Shown one piece after another: positions 10,494-22,999 of a stretch of 64,000 nt of DNA; the first letter of the stretch is position 1; each line of letters starts with the position of its first letter. A program made the translations under genes and the position numbers. The stretch is from Camelus ferus (lineage: Eukaryota). The stretch is from the NCBI RefSeq assembly GCF_009834535.1, contig NC_045697.1:15502001-15566000 (forward strand). Direction: 5' to 3'. Below the pieces are notes generated by a model. It was not told where the DNA came from. It worked only from the letters and a program-made list of their open reading frames with translations, and searched no databases.

Positions 10494-11199
10494 GGACTCC
10501 ATATTGATTTAGCCTACAAACCTTCCTAGGTCATGACGCCTGCAGAGGAGATAATGTTACCCACATCGCCAAGGGTAGGTGTCATTTTAGATACAAAAGT
10601 AATGACTTTAACATAGAAGAGACATAGACAAAGAAGCTTGCTTATCATAACTCTAATAACAAATTGTGATGGAAAAAACTAATTTTAGTGAGAACTTCCA
10701 ACCATGGTCTAGGACATCAGAACGGAAAGCTGAACTTGAGAATGAGTGCTGTCAAAGGGTTACTGCTTCACCTCTAATTTACTTTGTCTTAATTAATAAT
10801 TCCACATGATTGCCTATTCTCTGTCCTCTTCAAATCTTCCTTTGCCAGTTTCATCATATGGGATTTTCCTCCCTCAAGAGTGCAGAAATGAAAGCAGTCT
10901 TCACAGGTCTCCCTTCTCTGCTGTCTCTTTGTTTAAAGAATCTACCACCACAAAAAAAAAATGAATGTCAACAAGAGGCTTTTACAAAGCTTCGAAATCT
11001 AACAAAGTTCTCTAAAAGCAGCTGCTATCGCCTAAGGCCTGACTCTGTGCTGAGGGTACCTGAAACCCCGCATTAATCCCTTCCCTCCCTTTGATTCCTG
11101 AGACTGTAATTCACCAACTTCATCCTCCCTTCATCCTCTGGGAGGAGATTTGCTGATCATTTGCCTGTTTTCCCTGAGATCTATGCCCCACCCTCTCCC

Positions 11200-11590
11200 T
11201 AGTCTACTTTGAATGCCATGGGTGGCAACCCCCTGCCAATCATTTCTAGGTCACCTTGACACCTGCCTTCAGGTGGGAAGCACAGAAGGAGACTGAAGGG
11301 CAGGAAGGAGAGAAAGAGAAGCCGGTGCATTTCTGCCCTCTCTCTCTGCTTCGGGCACCGTCTCCCGAGAGGCTGCCTCTCTCTCTCTGGTGCTGCCTCT
11401 GAGGCCCCAGTTCCCTCAGGCAGACCTGCATGCTTCCCGCTTCTGCTGGAGGCCCAGCTCCTCCTTCCATCCCTCCAACCCTCGGGTTGGTAGCAGCTTC
11501 CCACAGTGGCAATTCCTTAGGTTCCCTTGCCTTCTGGTTGTACTTAATACTTTTATAAACGCATGCCATACATTAGTTCAATTAAATCAC
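11200..11590 (+). mobile_element. ERVL-class LTR (LTR33-like)
   Basis: gaagcacagaaggagactgaagggcaggaaggagag...ggtagcagcttccc...ttcaattaaa. Confidence 0.6.
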
Positions 11591-11712
11591 CTTGCATGGC
11601 TTCTGCAGGCAGGCAAAATCCTCTCTGAGAAAGGGTAATATGCTGGTGATTTTAATTCATGAAAAGCCTCAAAAAGGGTCACTGGACTACCTGACAGTAA
11701 CATTTTTCATAC

Positions 11713-11881
11713 CTCTGCTTCCGGTGTGAGAGCGACTACAGTCACTAGGAAAGCCGGAGAAAGTCAGTGAAGGTGTTACTTCCAGGAATTTCAGAGGACC
11801 CGAAACTGGGGGTTCAGATTTCCCTCTGGGCCTTGATGGTATCAGTTAGCTAAACTCTCCAACAGTATCTTACTGTGCGAT
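11713..11881 (-). pseudogene. Relic A exon A19
   Basis: aattgtccag / GAG|gtatga; 169 nt, phase 2-0: SHSKILLESLAN*YHQGPEGNLNPQFRVL*NSWK*HLH*LSPAFLVTVVALTPEAE. Confidence 0.75.
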
Positions 11882-12069
11882 CTGGACAATTTAATTCTCT
11901 TAATTTCACATAAAGTGGTAATACAAAGGTAGTTCCAAGCCCCACCCCAGCCCTAGCACAGGTGACACTGCCTCTCAGTTCTCCCCACGCAGCAGCTCTG
12001 GAGAAGCCACCACGAGTGGATGAGGAGCCCGGGAACCACGTCACTGCTTAGGGACCTTCAGATTTAGCC

Positions 12070-12560
12070 TTTTCCCAAATTCTTTCTTCTGGAGCTTGCC
12101 TATTGAAGTCAATAGCAATCTTATTCCATTTGTTCCTCAATTCCAAATGCCTCGTGTCACCCATAACACTCTTTTTCCGTCACACCCTAGATCTAACCCA
12201 CCAGCAGGTCCAATGGATAAGACTTCTCCCCACCTTCTCTAACCCAGCGTAGTCCAAGCCATCATCATCTCCTGCCTGGGGACAATGGCAGAAACTCCAA
12301 AGTGATCTCTGCTTCTTTTTTTACACTCCTACAATCTCTTCTCAACACAGCAGCTAGAGAAACCCTCCAAAAATAGCAACTGCTTTTTATTATTCCTCTA
12401 CTTAAAACTCCCAGGTTGCTCCCCAACACCCTCTGAGCAAACTGAGTCTATATCATAAGATCCATAATAGCCGATACAATCTGCCTCCCTTCTCCTCTGT
12501 CCTTATCCCCCCTACCACTCGCCTTCTTTCTCCTTCCATGACAGCAGCACGGCATCTGCC
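12070..12560 (+). mobile_element. L2 LINE fragment
   Basis: tagtccaagccatcatcatctcctgcctgg...tctcaacacagcagctagag...cttaaaactccc. Confidence 0.75.
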
Positions 12561-13169
12561 CTGACCCCAAACGTGCAAGCAAGCGCCTCCCTCCCACAGC
12601 CACCACTAGAACACGTCGTAAACCAATCAAAGAGCAGAGACATGCAAGAACGTGATTGATGATCCATCAGAATATAAAAGTTAGATGGGGAGAAAATTTG
12701 CAAAGGTCCTTGAGAGCTCTCCTCACCTCGCCCCCCAGCCTTGGAAATGCTCAAATGCCCATAGAAAAGGGTCACTAGTGGGTCCTTATGTTTCAAAGCC
12801 TTTGTCCAAGCTTTGCCCCCTGTCCTCTGGTCAGGATCATGGTGCTCCATCCAGCTCTAAATTTTCCCTTTTACTCAGTTTTTGCCACTCACCCCAGCCT
12901 GAGGAGGACTCTCCATCTGTCTGCCTTCTGTCTTCCAGAACTCCCTTTGCTCCATTATTTGTTCCCCAAGGGCAGATCATACTCCCACCCCATGCTGGTT
13001 ACAGCCCTGCAAATTACAGATTCTAAATAGCCTAGTCCCCTACTTTTTGAACAGAAATAAAGGTAAGCATGAGGACCACGCCACTAACCAAAATAAAAAT
13101 GAGAAAAATATCAGTCCAGACCTACATTAGGAGTCATTGTAAGACTGTGTTTTTGGAATACCTAACAAC

Positions 13170-13287
13170 CTAGCTTGCATTAAACTCCATGGAAACACAG
13201 AATTATATGCCTCGAACATCTGGCTTGTGAGCTTTAAAAATTAGTCCCCGAAGTCATCGGGATGGGGTAACCTTTGAACTCTCTGGG
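13170..13287 (-). pseudogene. Relic A exon A18
   Basis: Strong acceptor ccttctcttttcttttag; 118 nt, phase 1-2: QRVQRLPHPDDFGD*FLKLTSQMFEAYNSVFPWSLMQA; weak donor gttgtt. Confidence 0.75.
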
Positions 13288-14259
13288 CTAAAAGAAAAGA
13301 GAAGGCAGGGAAATCATATTGACATAGAAGTATTTATTATCTGTAGGACTCAGGAACTTAACAGAAACACAGACAACATGGAGGACAGTGAAACAAGATG
13401 TAATTTTGTGAAACCTGGACTCGTGGGAAGGAGGCACACGAAAGACCAGAAGTACTTCTTCTCTCACTGTCCCCCCCTAGACCATGAGCAAGGAGGCCCC
13501 AGCCTTAATGCCCGGGACTCTTGCTCTCGTCCTCTCCCTGACAAAAGCTGCAGCAGGTTTTGTTGAAAAGGGACAACAGTATGAAATGTGGCCATCCCTG
13601 CCTGCCACTCAACCCCCACCCCCAGCTTCTGTGAGGATGAAATACACCTGAATGAATAAGGCATAAACCCTGAGACGGGGCATTTCCCCAAATCTCAGGA
13701 GAGAAAGCAGAACTGGGTTCAGTCACAAAGGTGGCACACAGATCCAGAGGGGTTCCCCACTCCCCTAAATGCTTCCTATTCCAGTAACTAAAAGCCCAGT
13801 GCACTGTATCCAAGGAGGCTGAGAGAGTTAGATAAGGAAAATCAGAGTCAAGGAGAACTCACTCCACTCCGCTGTTTATCAGAACAAATAGAATCCTGGA
13901 CAGAATCTCCATGGTTAGCATAATCAGCTAGAGGAAGAGAGGAAAAAAGGAAGGAAGCAAAATGGAGAGAAAAGAAAAGAAATGAAAGGAAGAGAAAAGA
14001 AATGATGGACGGAGAGACCAAGGATGGAACATACAGCAAAGATTTAGGAGACCTACTTTTTTCATGCCATGGACTCTTTCTTAGCATATTCTAAATGAAT
14101 AAAATGACATATATACGATTGTCAAGGAATCTAATTTCACTGTAAATACAGTTACCCGGTGTTAAAGCAACACATTTCTGATACAAAATACATACGCTTC
14201 TTTACTATTCCATTAAATAACAATGTACAGTGGTAGGTGTGACAGTTTCAAAGCAGTAA

Positions 14260-14503
14260 GGGACACGCCATTTCAAGACATCAGCAACATCTGTAATATC
14301 ACGAACGGGACAGTATCTGTGCTTTCCACTGATGACAAGGTCAAGTACTGCTAATATCACCAAAGGATGTTGCCTAAATTCATAATGAAAGAGCAGTTAA
14401 ATTTTAGTTAGAGATTAATGAAATTTAAAATGCAATTTTTTCTCTATCTAAGTCCAACCAAAAATCCTTTGGGAGTCCATGGACCCCATAACCAGAACCC
14501 CTG
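14260..14503. mobile_element. hAT DNA transposon relic (Zaphod/MER115-like end)
   Basis: gtactgctaata...aaattttagttagag...gtccatggacccc...agaacccctg terminal repeat. Confidence 0.65.
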
Positions 14504-14935
14504 TGAGAACTACACATAAACCAGGGAACAAAAGAAAATTTCCTAAGGCCTCACACTGAGACTGACTGTGGAGAGGACGCCTGTGGAAACTTTTGCTCAA
14601 AGAGTTTCCCTGCTATTACTCTCCCAATAAAATAGTACAATATTCAAAAACTCTCTCCTTCATAAAAATGAGAGAAATATGGCTTTGCTACTTGAAGAAC
14701 AACTCAGCTAAGTTACTCTTGAGGATTGCTACTACAAGGCTAAGTCGTGGATTTCATTACACAGCGTGTTTTGTTGTTTTGAGTGGCCTGGGTTTTCGTT
14801 TGGTTTTCATCTGTTTGCTATAATCTGTAGAATGGGAACATGATACCTACCCCACAAGGGGGGCTGTTGCCCCAACACCTCTTAAGTGAATTTTCAACAA
14901 AGGTCAGTTCCCTTCCCTTCATGGTCCTTGCATAC

Positions 14936-15031
14936 CAGTGAGATCTTTGGACCAGGTTTCTAAGAAATACAAGCCCCTAGTCACAGGGGATGAAAACATG
15001 AAAACTGACTGAAGCAGATCTGTCTTTACAA
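14936..15031 (-). pseudogene. Relic A exon A17
   Basis: ttttcttttcaag / CTG|gtatgc; 96 nt, phase 1-1, stop-free VKTDLLQSVFMFSSPVTRGLYFLETWSKDLT. Confidence 0.8.
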
Positions 15032-15790
15032 CTTGAAAAGAAAAGCATAAGGTCTTGGCAATCTCAGACAGCACTGGACATTTAATTCCTAAATGCTAAC
15101 ATTTTATCTTTTGGGAGAAGTGAATTTTTACAGGGTTCATCTTTTTCTGAGTAGAAAATTATGTTCGGATTTTTAATATGAATTACTTATATCCAAAGAG
15201 ATCTTTTAAAATGCTGACAGGAGAGTAGAAACACTTAAATTCTAAGCCTGAACCGGTTCCAGCATTCATTAAAATAATGGTAAAAGGAGAGGGGCTGAAA
15301 GGACTACTTTCTTCTGTCTGGAATTGTGTACGAACCTTTTAAAGTCAGGAATCAGGGGAAAACACAGGGAAGAAAGAATAATTCTCAATTTGGCAAGGGA
15401 ATTTCCTTCATGCAGGAGACAGTAGCCCAGAGTGAATATATAGAAGCAGTTACATCATTGTGGTTTGGTGGATGATTCTAAAGCTTAGCAAAATGTAAAA
15501 TTAATTTCTAATTTTTTTTTGCTTCAGTTTCCTCTTCAAATCCCTATTCTGTATTTTTTTTAAAAAATCTGTATTTACTTCAGTTGGAAGCATGTTGTTC
15601 CTGTTTCCAAATATTTGTTCTTTGTTCAAATTTAAATTAATTCTTCTAAATATTTATCAGGCTTCTCTTACGTGTCAGAAACTGCTAGGAACTTAGAACA
15701 CAAGGTGGAACAATAAATGGTCTTTCCCATCAATGGATTTAATAAGGCAGATGGCCCACATCAAAATAAATTGCAAAAGACCCATGGATG

Positions 15791-16471
15791 TATGAAGAGA
15801 AACCTGCTCTCCTACATTTACTGCAGCTTATTATGCATAATGACCAAGATATAGAAACAACCTAAGTGTGTCAACAGATAAATGGATAAAGAAGATGAAT
15901 TTTATATGTATACATAATTCAGCCATGAGAAAGAAGGAGATCCTGCCATTCAAGACACGGTAGACCTTGAGGGCATTATGCTCAGTGAGATAAGCCAGAG
16001 AAAGCACCGTATGGTATCACTTAAATGTGGAATCTACAAAACTCGAATTCACTAAAAATAGAGTAGAAGAGTGGTTACTAGGAGCTGAGGACAGGGGAAA
16101 CGGGGAGAGGTTGCCTAAAGGTACAAACTTGCAACTAGTAGATAAATAAGTCCTGGAGGTCTAATGCGTGGCACACTGATTACAGTCAACAATACTGTAT
16201 GATGAAGTTCAAAGTTACTAAGAGACTAGATCTTTATAGTTCTTGCCACTAAAAAGAAATGTTAATTATGTGAAGTGATAGAGGTGTTAGTTAATGTTAC
16301 ATTGGTAATCACACAGTGATACAAAAATGAATCAAATCAACACCTATAAAATGTATCAAATCAACACCATGTACACCCTAAGCTGACACAATGTTACATG
16401 TCAATTATTATCTCAATAAAAAATAATTAATTAATTACATATCAACAAAAATGTTTACCTAAAATAAAAAT
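15791..16471 (+). mobile_element. L1MA-type 3' end with apparent TSD agacccatggatg (15778-15790 / 16472-16484)
   Basis: caacctaagtgt...gggcattatgctcagtgagataagccag...tctcaataaa. Confidence 0.85.
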
Positions 16472-16484
16472 AGACCCATGGATG

Positions 16485-16895
16485 GATGAATGAAGATAAT
16501 ATGATATATACATCCAATGGAATATTACTCAGCCTTAAAATAAAGAAAATCCTGTCATATGCCACAACATGGATGAATCTTGAGCATATTTATGCTAATT
16601 GAAATAAACCAGTCCCAAAATGACAAATATTCAAATACTGCATGATTCCACTCATATGAGGTATCCAAAATAGTTAAAACTCACAGAAAAGGAAAACAGA
16701 AGAGTGGTTGCCAGGGCAGGGGGGAGGCAAGTGAGGAGTTGTTATCCGATGCGTGCAGCATTTCAGTCATGCAGCGTGGGGGGCTCTGAGAGTTTCTCGC
16801 ACAACAATGTGCATGCGGTTGACAATATTGTCCTATACACTTGGAAAGTGTTGGGAGGGTGATTTATGTCATGTGGGGGTTCTTGCTACAATAAA
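16485..16895 (+). mobile_element. L1MB-type 3' end
   Basis: aatggaatattactcagccttaaaa...acaacatggatgaatcttgag...gctacaataaaa. Confidence 0.85.
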
Positions 16896-17064
16896 AGATA
16901 AGAAATAACTGCAACAGAACAGGATAGTGCTGTTAAGAGAAATACTAAACATATAGGCTGGAGCATCAGGCCAATGGAGGGAGCACAAGGTTCCACCCGG
17001 GAGGTCAGGGAGCGCTTCCTAGAGGAGACACCTGGGATGAGCACTATGCACAAGACAACACAAA

Positions 17065-17420
17065 CCTTGGTTTCGTAGCTTGAGCTGCCACAGCAAAACA
17101 CCACCGACCAGGGGGCTTAAACAACAGACCCTTATACCTCATGTCTCTGGAGGCTGGGAAGTCTAAGATCAAGGTGTCAGCAGATCCGGCCCCTGGTGAG
17201 TGCCCTCCTCCTGGCTGGCAGTCACTGTGTCCAGCTTCTCACTGTGTCCCCACATGGCAGAGGGAGACAGAGTTTTGCCCTCTCTCCTTCTTATAAGGAC
17301 ACTAGTCCCATCATTCAAGCCCCAACATCATGACCTCATCTAAACTGAACTACCTACCAAAGATGCCACCTCCAAATATATCACCTTGAGGGTTAAGGCT
17401 TCAACAGATGCATTTGGCTG
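17065..17420 (-). mobile_element. MaLR solo LTR (MLT1A-like)
   Basis: ggcttaaacaacagac...ctggaggctgggaagtctaagatcaaggtgtcagcaga...ttcaaca. Confidence 0.88.
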
Positions 17421-17569
17421 TAATACTTGGCTTCATGGACAGCAGGCAATGGATGCAATAAATCTACAAGAAAGACCATGAGCCACAAAATTTCAGAATA
17501 GAATCAGAGCATTACTCCCAGATCGGTGCAAAAAATAATGCAGGACTGAAAGGAAACCCTAAGATGCTA

Positions 17570-17810
17570 GTGTTGCCTGGTGGTTAAGAACTTGTGCTCC
17601 AGATTCTGACTGAGGTGGAGTCAAACCCGGGCTCTCCTGGCTCTTATCAGCTGTGTGACCTTAATGCTTCTGACCCTCAAGTTCCCCCTCTGTGCAATGA
17701 GGATGGTAATAATAATACCTACCTCATTAGAAATTTTGGAGGGCCTAAGTAAGAAATGCTCAGCACAGTGCCTAGCAGAGAATAAGTACTCAATAAACCT
17801 TACTGTGGTG
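17570..17810 (+). mobile_element. MIR SINE
   Basis: ggttaagaac...agctgtgtgacctt...aataatacctacctca...aagtactcaataaa. Confidence 0.88.
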
Positions 17811-17962
17811 GTTTTCATTATTTGTCCCAGGAATTACAAGTTACTCAAGGAAAAGTAGAATTAAAGAAGGTTGTGTCACAGGGTGACTTTACAAGTATGA
17901 CACTTGGTATCAATCATGTTTTGGAAGAAAAACAGACATAGCATCTGAACACACACACACAC

Positions 17963-18094
17963 ACCCCAAATGAAATTTCTGCATAGCAAAATGAAGTAAA
18001 TTCACCCCAGTACTAATTGCCTTAATAAAGTCCATATCTGCAAAATTTTCACACGTTTATGTTAACATTTTACTGGACATCTTCTTCAGTATTT
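17963..18094 (-). pseudogene. Relic A exon A16
   Basis: Acceptor tttttgtcttatcttgacag; ILKKMSSKMLT*TCENFADMDFIKAISTGVNLLHFAMQKFHLG; donor merges into a (GT)n run. Confidence 0.75.
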
Positions 18095-18267
18095 CTGTCA
18101 AGATAAGACAAAAATAATAAATGTTATGTTGCTTAGATCTTTTAAATATTTAACAGCTTCAGTTCATCAAGTTCGTTTTATTTTGTTTTTTAATTGGCAT
18201 CAGTTTATTTCCCCTTCTTTACATAAGACACATCCAAGAAATGCATTATCCAAAGTAATTTCATTAC

Positions 18268-18623
18268 CGGAAGAATATTCATAAAAATGTTTCTGAAGTC
18301 CTGTGGTTTCATATAATTTGCACTTTGTTCTACAGCTTTCAGGACTAACGCATCTGATTTCAGAGGAGGAAACATTTTAAAACCCTCTCCCAACCTGTGC
18401 CGCTTCTTACAGATGAGTTATGCTTCTCCATGGGCGAGAGGTCTGTTCAAACTCCCAACCGAACTTTGGATCGAGACAAGTTGGACCCACTGAATGCAAA
18501 CTCACAGAGAAGCTGCTCTCAACACGGGTTTCTTGAAGAAAGCTGCAAGTCTCCCTGGCTCCCCCACCGTCTACTTAATTCTAGGCTATGAGATACCAGA
18601 GTTGAAAGAAGCTTTACATACGC
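18268..18623 (-). pseudogene. Relic A exon A15 (frameshifted)
   Basis: ctccactctttgatcaag / CCG|gtaatg; starts AYVKLLSTLVSHSLELSRRWG and ends DALVLKAVEQSANYMKPQDFRNIFMNILP in a different frame. Confidence 0.7.
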
Positions 18624-19049
18624 CTTGATCAAAGAGTGGAGAAATCAGGGTGCAGCCAGATGAAGCGACTGCCCAACATCATGTAACCTCTTTAATGGCC
18701 AATACAAGTCCCAGAAATTTGCTCTCTCTGAACCCTGTATCCTCAACACCTCTACCCCATCAATAATGCAAAAACACCTATTTAAATGTCCCTTCACGCT
18801 GCTTCCTATTAGACAATCACTGAAGGGCAGGGATGTTCCTTCCAAGGTCAAAGACAGCCTTACATTGAGTTGAGAATGAACCTGGGTGGTAGAGGGGCCA
18901 GCTCTGACCTGCTGTGGGTGGCCAGCACCAGGGATGGTTGACAGCCCAGGCTCCACAATCTGTTCTCCAACTTCAAATTCTTAACTTCCGACCTTGCCCT
19001 CTCATTCTTAAAAGGAAGAGAGTGATGCTAGTTGCATGATAGTAGTGAC

Positions 19050-19315
19050 CAGCCTTCAAGCCAACCATCCACCCCTATCAAGAAGCCAAACGTGTGAGTG
19101 AAGACACCATCTTGGAAACGGATCTCCCAGTCTCAGCTCCTTCAGCCCCCAGATAGTTGAGTCTTCTTAGCTGATGTTCCAGACATTGCAGATAGGGGAA
19201 AGTCAGGCTCACTGTGCTTGGTTTGAATTCCTGACCCCCAGAATCTACGAGTATAACAAAATTGTTGTCATTCGACACCACTAAATTCTGGGAAGCTTTG
19301 TTAGGTAGCATTAGT
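19050..19315 (+). mobile_element. MLT1F/H-type LTR fragment
   Basis: gtgagtgaagacaccatcttgga...gaattcctgacccccagaatc...ccactaaattctggg..tttgtta. Confidence 0.8.
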
Positions 19316-19457
19316 GAGAGGGACAAGAAGCGCATACTATTACTAGGTGGTTTAAATGTGTTAAAAATTGGTTAAAAACACTTCAAATATTGCCTGGGGC
19401 ACTGCAATCCTTTAATAATATTAAAATTATAGTAATATTGATACTTTTTCTTTTTAC

Positions 19458-19665
19458 CTTGGCTCTCTTTTTTGCGTTTTCTCTTGCCCTATGACTCATG
19501 ATTCCTTCCTTCCAATTTAAAGTCACTGCTACCAGCATCTGTAGGGTTTCCTCTACCCCAAAACTAGCTGCAGAGTTGGATATAGTATCTCTTTTGTTTC
19601 ACCACGGTCTCTTTCTCAAAGCAAGAACGTGAGTCTTTTTGATTGAAAGTCTCTATTGCTAATCA
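19458..19665 (-). pseudogene. Relic A exon A14
   Basis: tattcctcctag / AAG|gtaaaa; *LAIETFNQKDSRSCFEKETVVKQKRYYIQLCS*, +1 shift, FGVEETLQMLVAVTLNWKEGIMSHRARENAKKRAK; phase-0 join to A15. Confidence 0.75.
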
Positions 19666-19737
19666 CTAGGAGGAATACACACAGGAAAACCAAAATAACA
19701 GATATGGGAAAGGTATAATGTTTTCTGAACTGCACAC

Positions 19738-19973
19738 CTATTTGGAAGCTATGGTCTCATCTAGTGACTTGGACTCCCTTCTGAGATAATCTGGGAGCTT
19801 GGTCCACTTTCTGCTGCCTTTATTCCCAAAGTAAATTCAGCACCTGTCTCAGCCCATCCTCAGCTCTCGGGAGAAGGACATGGTGATCCATTCCTCCCTG
19901 AAGGTCTTCTCACCGGCACCATACTCAGAGGGTACTTGGGGGAACTGGAAGAACGGTGGATAATCAAATAAGC
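19738..19973 (-). pseudogene. Relic A exon A13
   Basis: 236 nt, phase 1-0: LFDYPPFFQFPQVPSEYGAGEKTFREEWITMSFSRELRMG*DRC*IYFGNKGSRKWTKLPDYLRRESKSLDETIASK*; a 72-nt intron follows. Confidence 0.65.
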
Positions 19974-20489
19974 CTGTCTCAGAATTTTTAAAGAAGTGTG
20001 ATAGTAACTTTCAAAAACTTTTCTCTAAGACTAAAATGGTCACCTTCCAGAATTTCTTCAGGGATTTATTCTTTACTCAATTTAATTTTACTCAGTTTGC
20101 TTTTTAAACAGTGTAATTCCTCCTAAGACTTTTGTCTTCTCCCCTTTCTTATTTCCTTAACATGAGTTCAGGCCATCCTGCTCTGGGGGTGAGTCATTTC
20201 ATCTGTTTTCTTCCATCAAAAGCAAACTCAGAACAGAAGCACAATCAGAGGCCCAGGTGTGCCCCATTTGGCCAGAGGGGGGCTCATCCAGACAGGATGG
20301 AGCAGGTAGAAGCTGTTGGAGGCCAGGTATACAAAATCTAAGAGAAGAGCCCAACCACTAGAGGAAAAGAAGAGAACACCAACCCCAAGACAGATGGGGA
20401 GACCATGGGTCACAGCAGGAAGGCAATGTTGTTCAGCTTTGTCAAGGGCGACTGATTCATGAAGCTCAGGGAACGGAGTGGATCTCTGC

Positions 20490-20800
20490 TGTGTCTGACA
20501 ACGTGGATGATTCCATCCTTGAAACTCCATTTCCTGGCCTTCCCTGCCTTCTCGCCCTGTTCTCTCCTGCCTCACACCCTGTCTTTCCTTCCTTATTGGT
20601 ACCAGGTACTTCTTCTGCCCACCCTCTAAATGTCGAGGCTTCAGAGTTTTATCTCATCCTGCTCTTCTTAACACATATCTCTGCTAGTTGATACTGTTCA
20701 CTTCATAGTTTTAAACCCCCATTAAAGACTCCCAAATCTCAGTCCTTAGCCAAAAACCTCATTATAGCTTCACACCAGCAGGTGCAACTGCACCAGGTTC
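20490..20800 (+). mobile_element. L2 fragment
   Basis: ccttgaaactc..ttcctggccttcc...gactcccaaatctc. Confidence 0.65.
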
Positions 20801-20999
20801 ACATCCGGGGTAGATGGTCTACCGTCAGGTACTATACCGAGCGACCGTGATCCTCTTACTTGCCCAACAGTACGAATGCCACAGAAAATGATCTTTCAAT
20901 AATGAATAGCATATTACAGAAATGACTTTTATAAAACATATTTGCCTATAGATATATAAAATAGACAATATTTCTACCAATAAAACATATTATTACGAA

Positions 21000-21222
21000 C
21001 ACAACCTCTAGAGCCAGACTGCTGGTCTCTGCCCAGCTCTTTGACTAACCTGGAGATTGTAAGCAAACCTATGAAACTCTGCATCTCGGTTTTCTCATAA
21101 AATGGTGATGATAATCAGTTTCCTTATCAAATTTTTCTGAATATTGAATGAGTGAATATCTATAAAGTTCTTAGAAGAGTCTCTGGTACCTAGTAAGCAC
21201 CTTCTACATTGTTACTATTATC
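21000..21222 (+). mobile_element. MIR SINE
   Basis: ctctagagccagactgc...ctcggttttctcataaaatgg...ctggtacctagtaagcac. Confidence 0.75.
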
Positions 21223-21621
21223 ATGACATATTTTTATAATAGTAAGTAAATTATGACCATTAATTATCATTTTATGATAATAACTGTTACTTATTCTTTT
21301 TTTTCCCTCTTTCTCCTTTCCTCCAGCTACTATAAATAGATTCCGGAAAAAGACAGTCTTTGATCCACCTTTTTATTCTTCAGCACCTAAACCAGAAATA
21401 GGCTTCCTAGTAGATATTTAGTAACATTTAATGAATGAATGAGTGAATGACGATGTGAAGAACAAAGTAAAAGAACCGGGCAGTTGAGGTGGATGACAGA
21501 GAATGGGTGGAAGGGAAGCAGAAGGAGAAAGAACAAGATTCAGATTAAGAAAAATGAGCTTTATAGGCCAACCAATTCTGACAGGAAGATAATATAGATG
21601 AAAAATTACAGCTATATGCAA

Positions 21622-21972
21622 TTATCATATGATATCATTTATATGTGGAATCTAAAAAAAAAATACAAATTCTATTTATAAACCAAAAAAAACCAGACTC
21701 ATGGACAAAGAATACAAACTGTCATTACAAAAGGGGAAAGTGCAGGGAGGGATGAATTAGGGGTTGGGATTAACAGACACACATTACTATATATAAAATA
21801 GATAAACAACAAGGACCTACTGTATAGCACAGGGAACTCTATTCAATTTCTTGTAATGAGCCGCAATGGAAAAGAAACTGAAAAAAAATATATATGTATG
21901 CATAACTGAATTGCTTGACTATACACCTGAAACTAACATTGTAAGTCAATGACATTTCAATTAAAAAAAAAA
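21622..21972 (+). mobile_element. Cetartiodactyl L1 3' end with poly(A)
   Basis: tatatgtggaatctaaaaaa...aacaacaaggacctactgtatagcacagggaact...acacctgaaactaaca...(A)n. Confidence 0.92.
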
Positions 21973-22085
21973 TTACTAGAAGGGACTCCTGCTTCAGAAT
22001 CACTGTGGCCCGTGGCGTTGTGCTTGATGAGAAATTCCCATTTGCATTTTCATCTCCAAAGAAATTTCATCTGGCCCTCATGAAC

Positions 22086-22429
22086 CTGTTTCAGAGTCAG
22101 GCTGAACTTGGAGTTTGGGCTGTTGACAGAGAGCATGGCCTCTTCCCCACCAGGAGGTCCTCTCGGCCTCCTGAGAACGCCTTAGCATCTGCCTTGTCAG
22201 AGACACCCTCGGGGGTCCTTGCTTGAGGTTAGAATGAGCAACTGCAAGAGATGAAGCTTTGGACACGTGCCCTCTCTACCCCCTGAAACGGACAGCGAGG
22301 AGGATGCTGAGGGCACACGAGGTAATGCCTGCAAATGTGTTCTGGGTGCTTTGGGAGATGTGCGCTCTCTTTGTGAAAACCTGGTTTTGTTTCTTATAAA
22401 AAAAATTTTCTCTTCGAAGTTATTTTCTG
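22086..22429 (-). pseudogene. Relic A putative exon A12 (low-complexity linker)
   Basis: Acceptor ctaattttag, two overlapping ORFs, weak donor CAG|gttcat giving a phase-1 join to A13; no recognisable motif. Confidence 0.45.
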
Positions 22430-22783
22430 CTAAAATTAGTATGGACCAATAAGAACACATAACAAACCCTTCCTCAGGGGAATACAGAAGCAGCCAAAAA
22501 TAATTAAGTTAAAAAGTTAATATCACAAAATGACTTCCTTAGACAGTCTCTTTAAGCTGCGAAGAAAGCCTCCATTTTATCATCTGTACTTCAGAGCCAG
22601 AGTGTCGTGCTTTTTCCTAAATTTGAAATCTGAGCCTGTCACTTCCCTGTTTAAAACATGCCATTGGTTGTTTTTTGGACTTTATCCTGACAGTAGGATG
22701 CAATTTGACCCAACCTACTTCTCTCCAACTCTGGACTCCAGGCTCACCCAAAACTACTTGCAACACCCACAATGGACATCCTC

Positions 22784-22981
22784 CAGGTTTGCTAGATGTA
22801 AGAAATAAAAATACAGGATACCCAGTTAAACCTGAATTTCAGAATCTAAAACAAATACCTTTTAAGTAAAAGCATGCCCTATGCAATATCTAGGACATAC
22901 TTATACTAAAAAAAAAAATTATCCACCACTGTTTACATCAAGTTCAAATTTAAACTGTTACCGTGTTTTATCTGGCAGCCG
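22784..22981. mobile_element. MER53-like palindromic hAT MITE
   Basis: aaaatacaggatacccagttaaa..tgaatttcaga...ggacatacttatactaaaa...ttcaaatttaa...tatctggcagcc. Confidence 0.85.
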
Positions 22982-22999
22982 TAGCTCCCTTCTACTCCA

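Noticed and set aside
10522..10539. Possible 18-nt micro-exon of relic A (ctctgcag / gtttgt)
   Set aside because: Frame-neutral but too short to support; A19 and A20 already join in phase.
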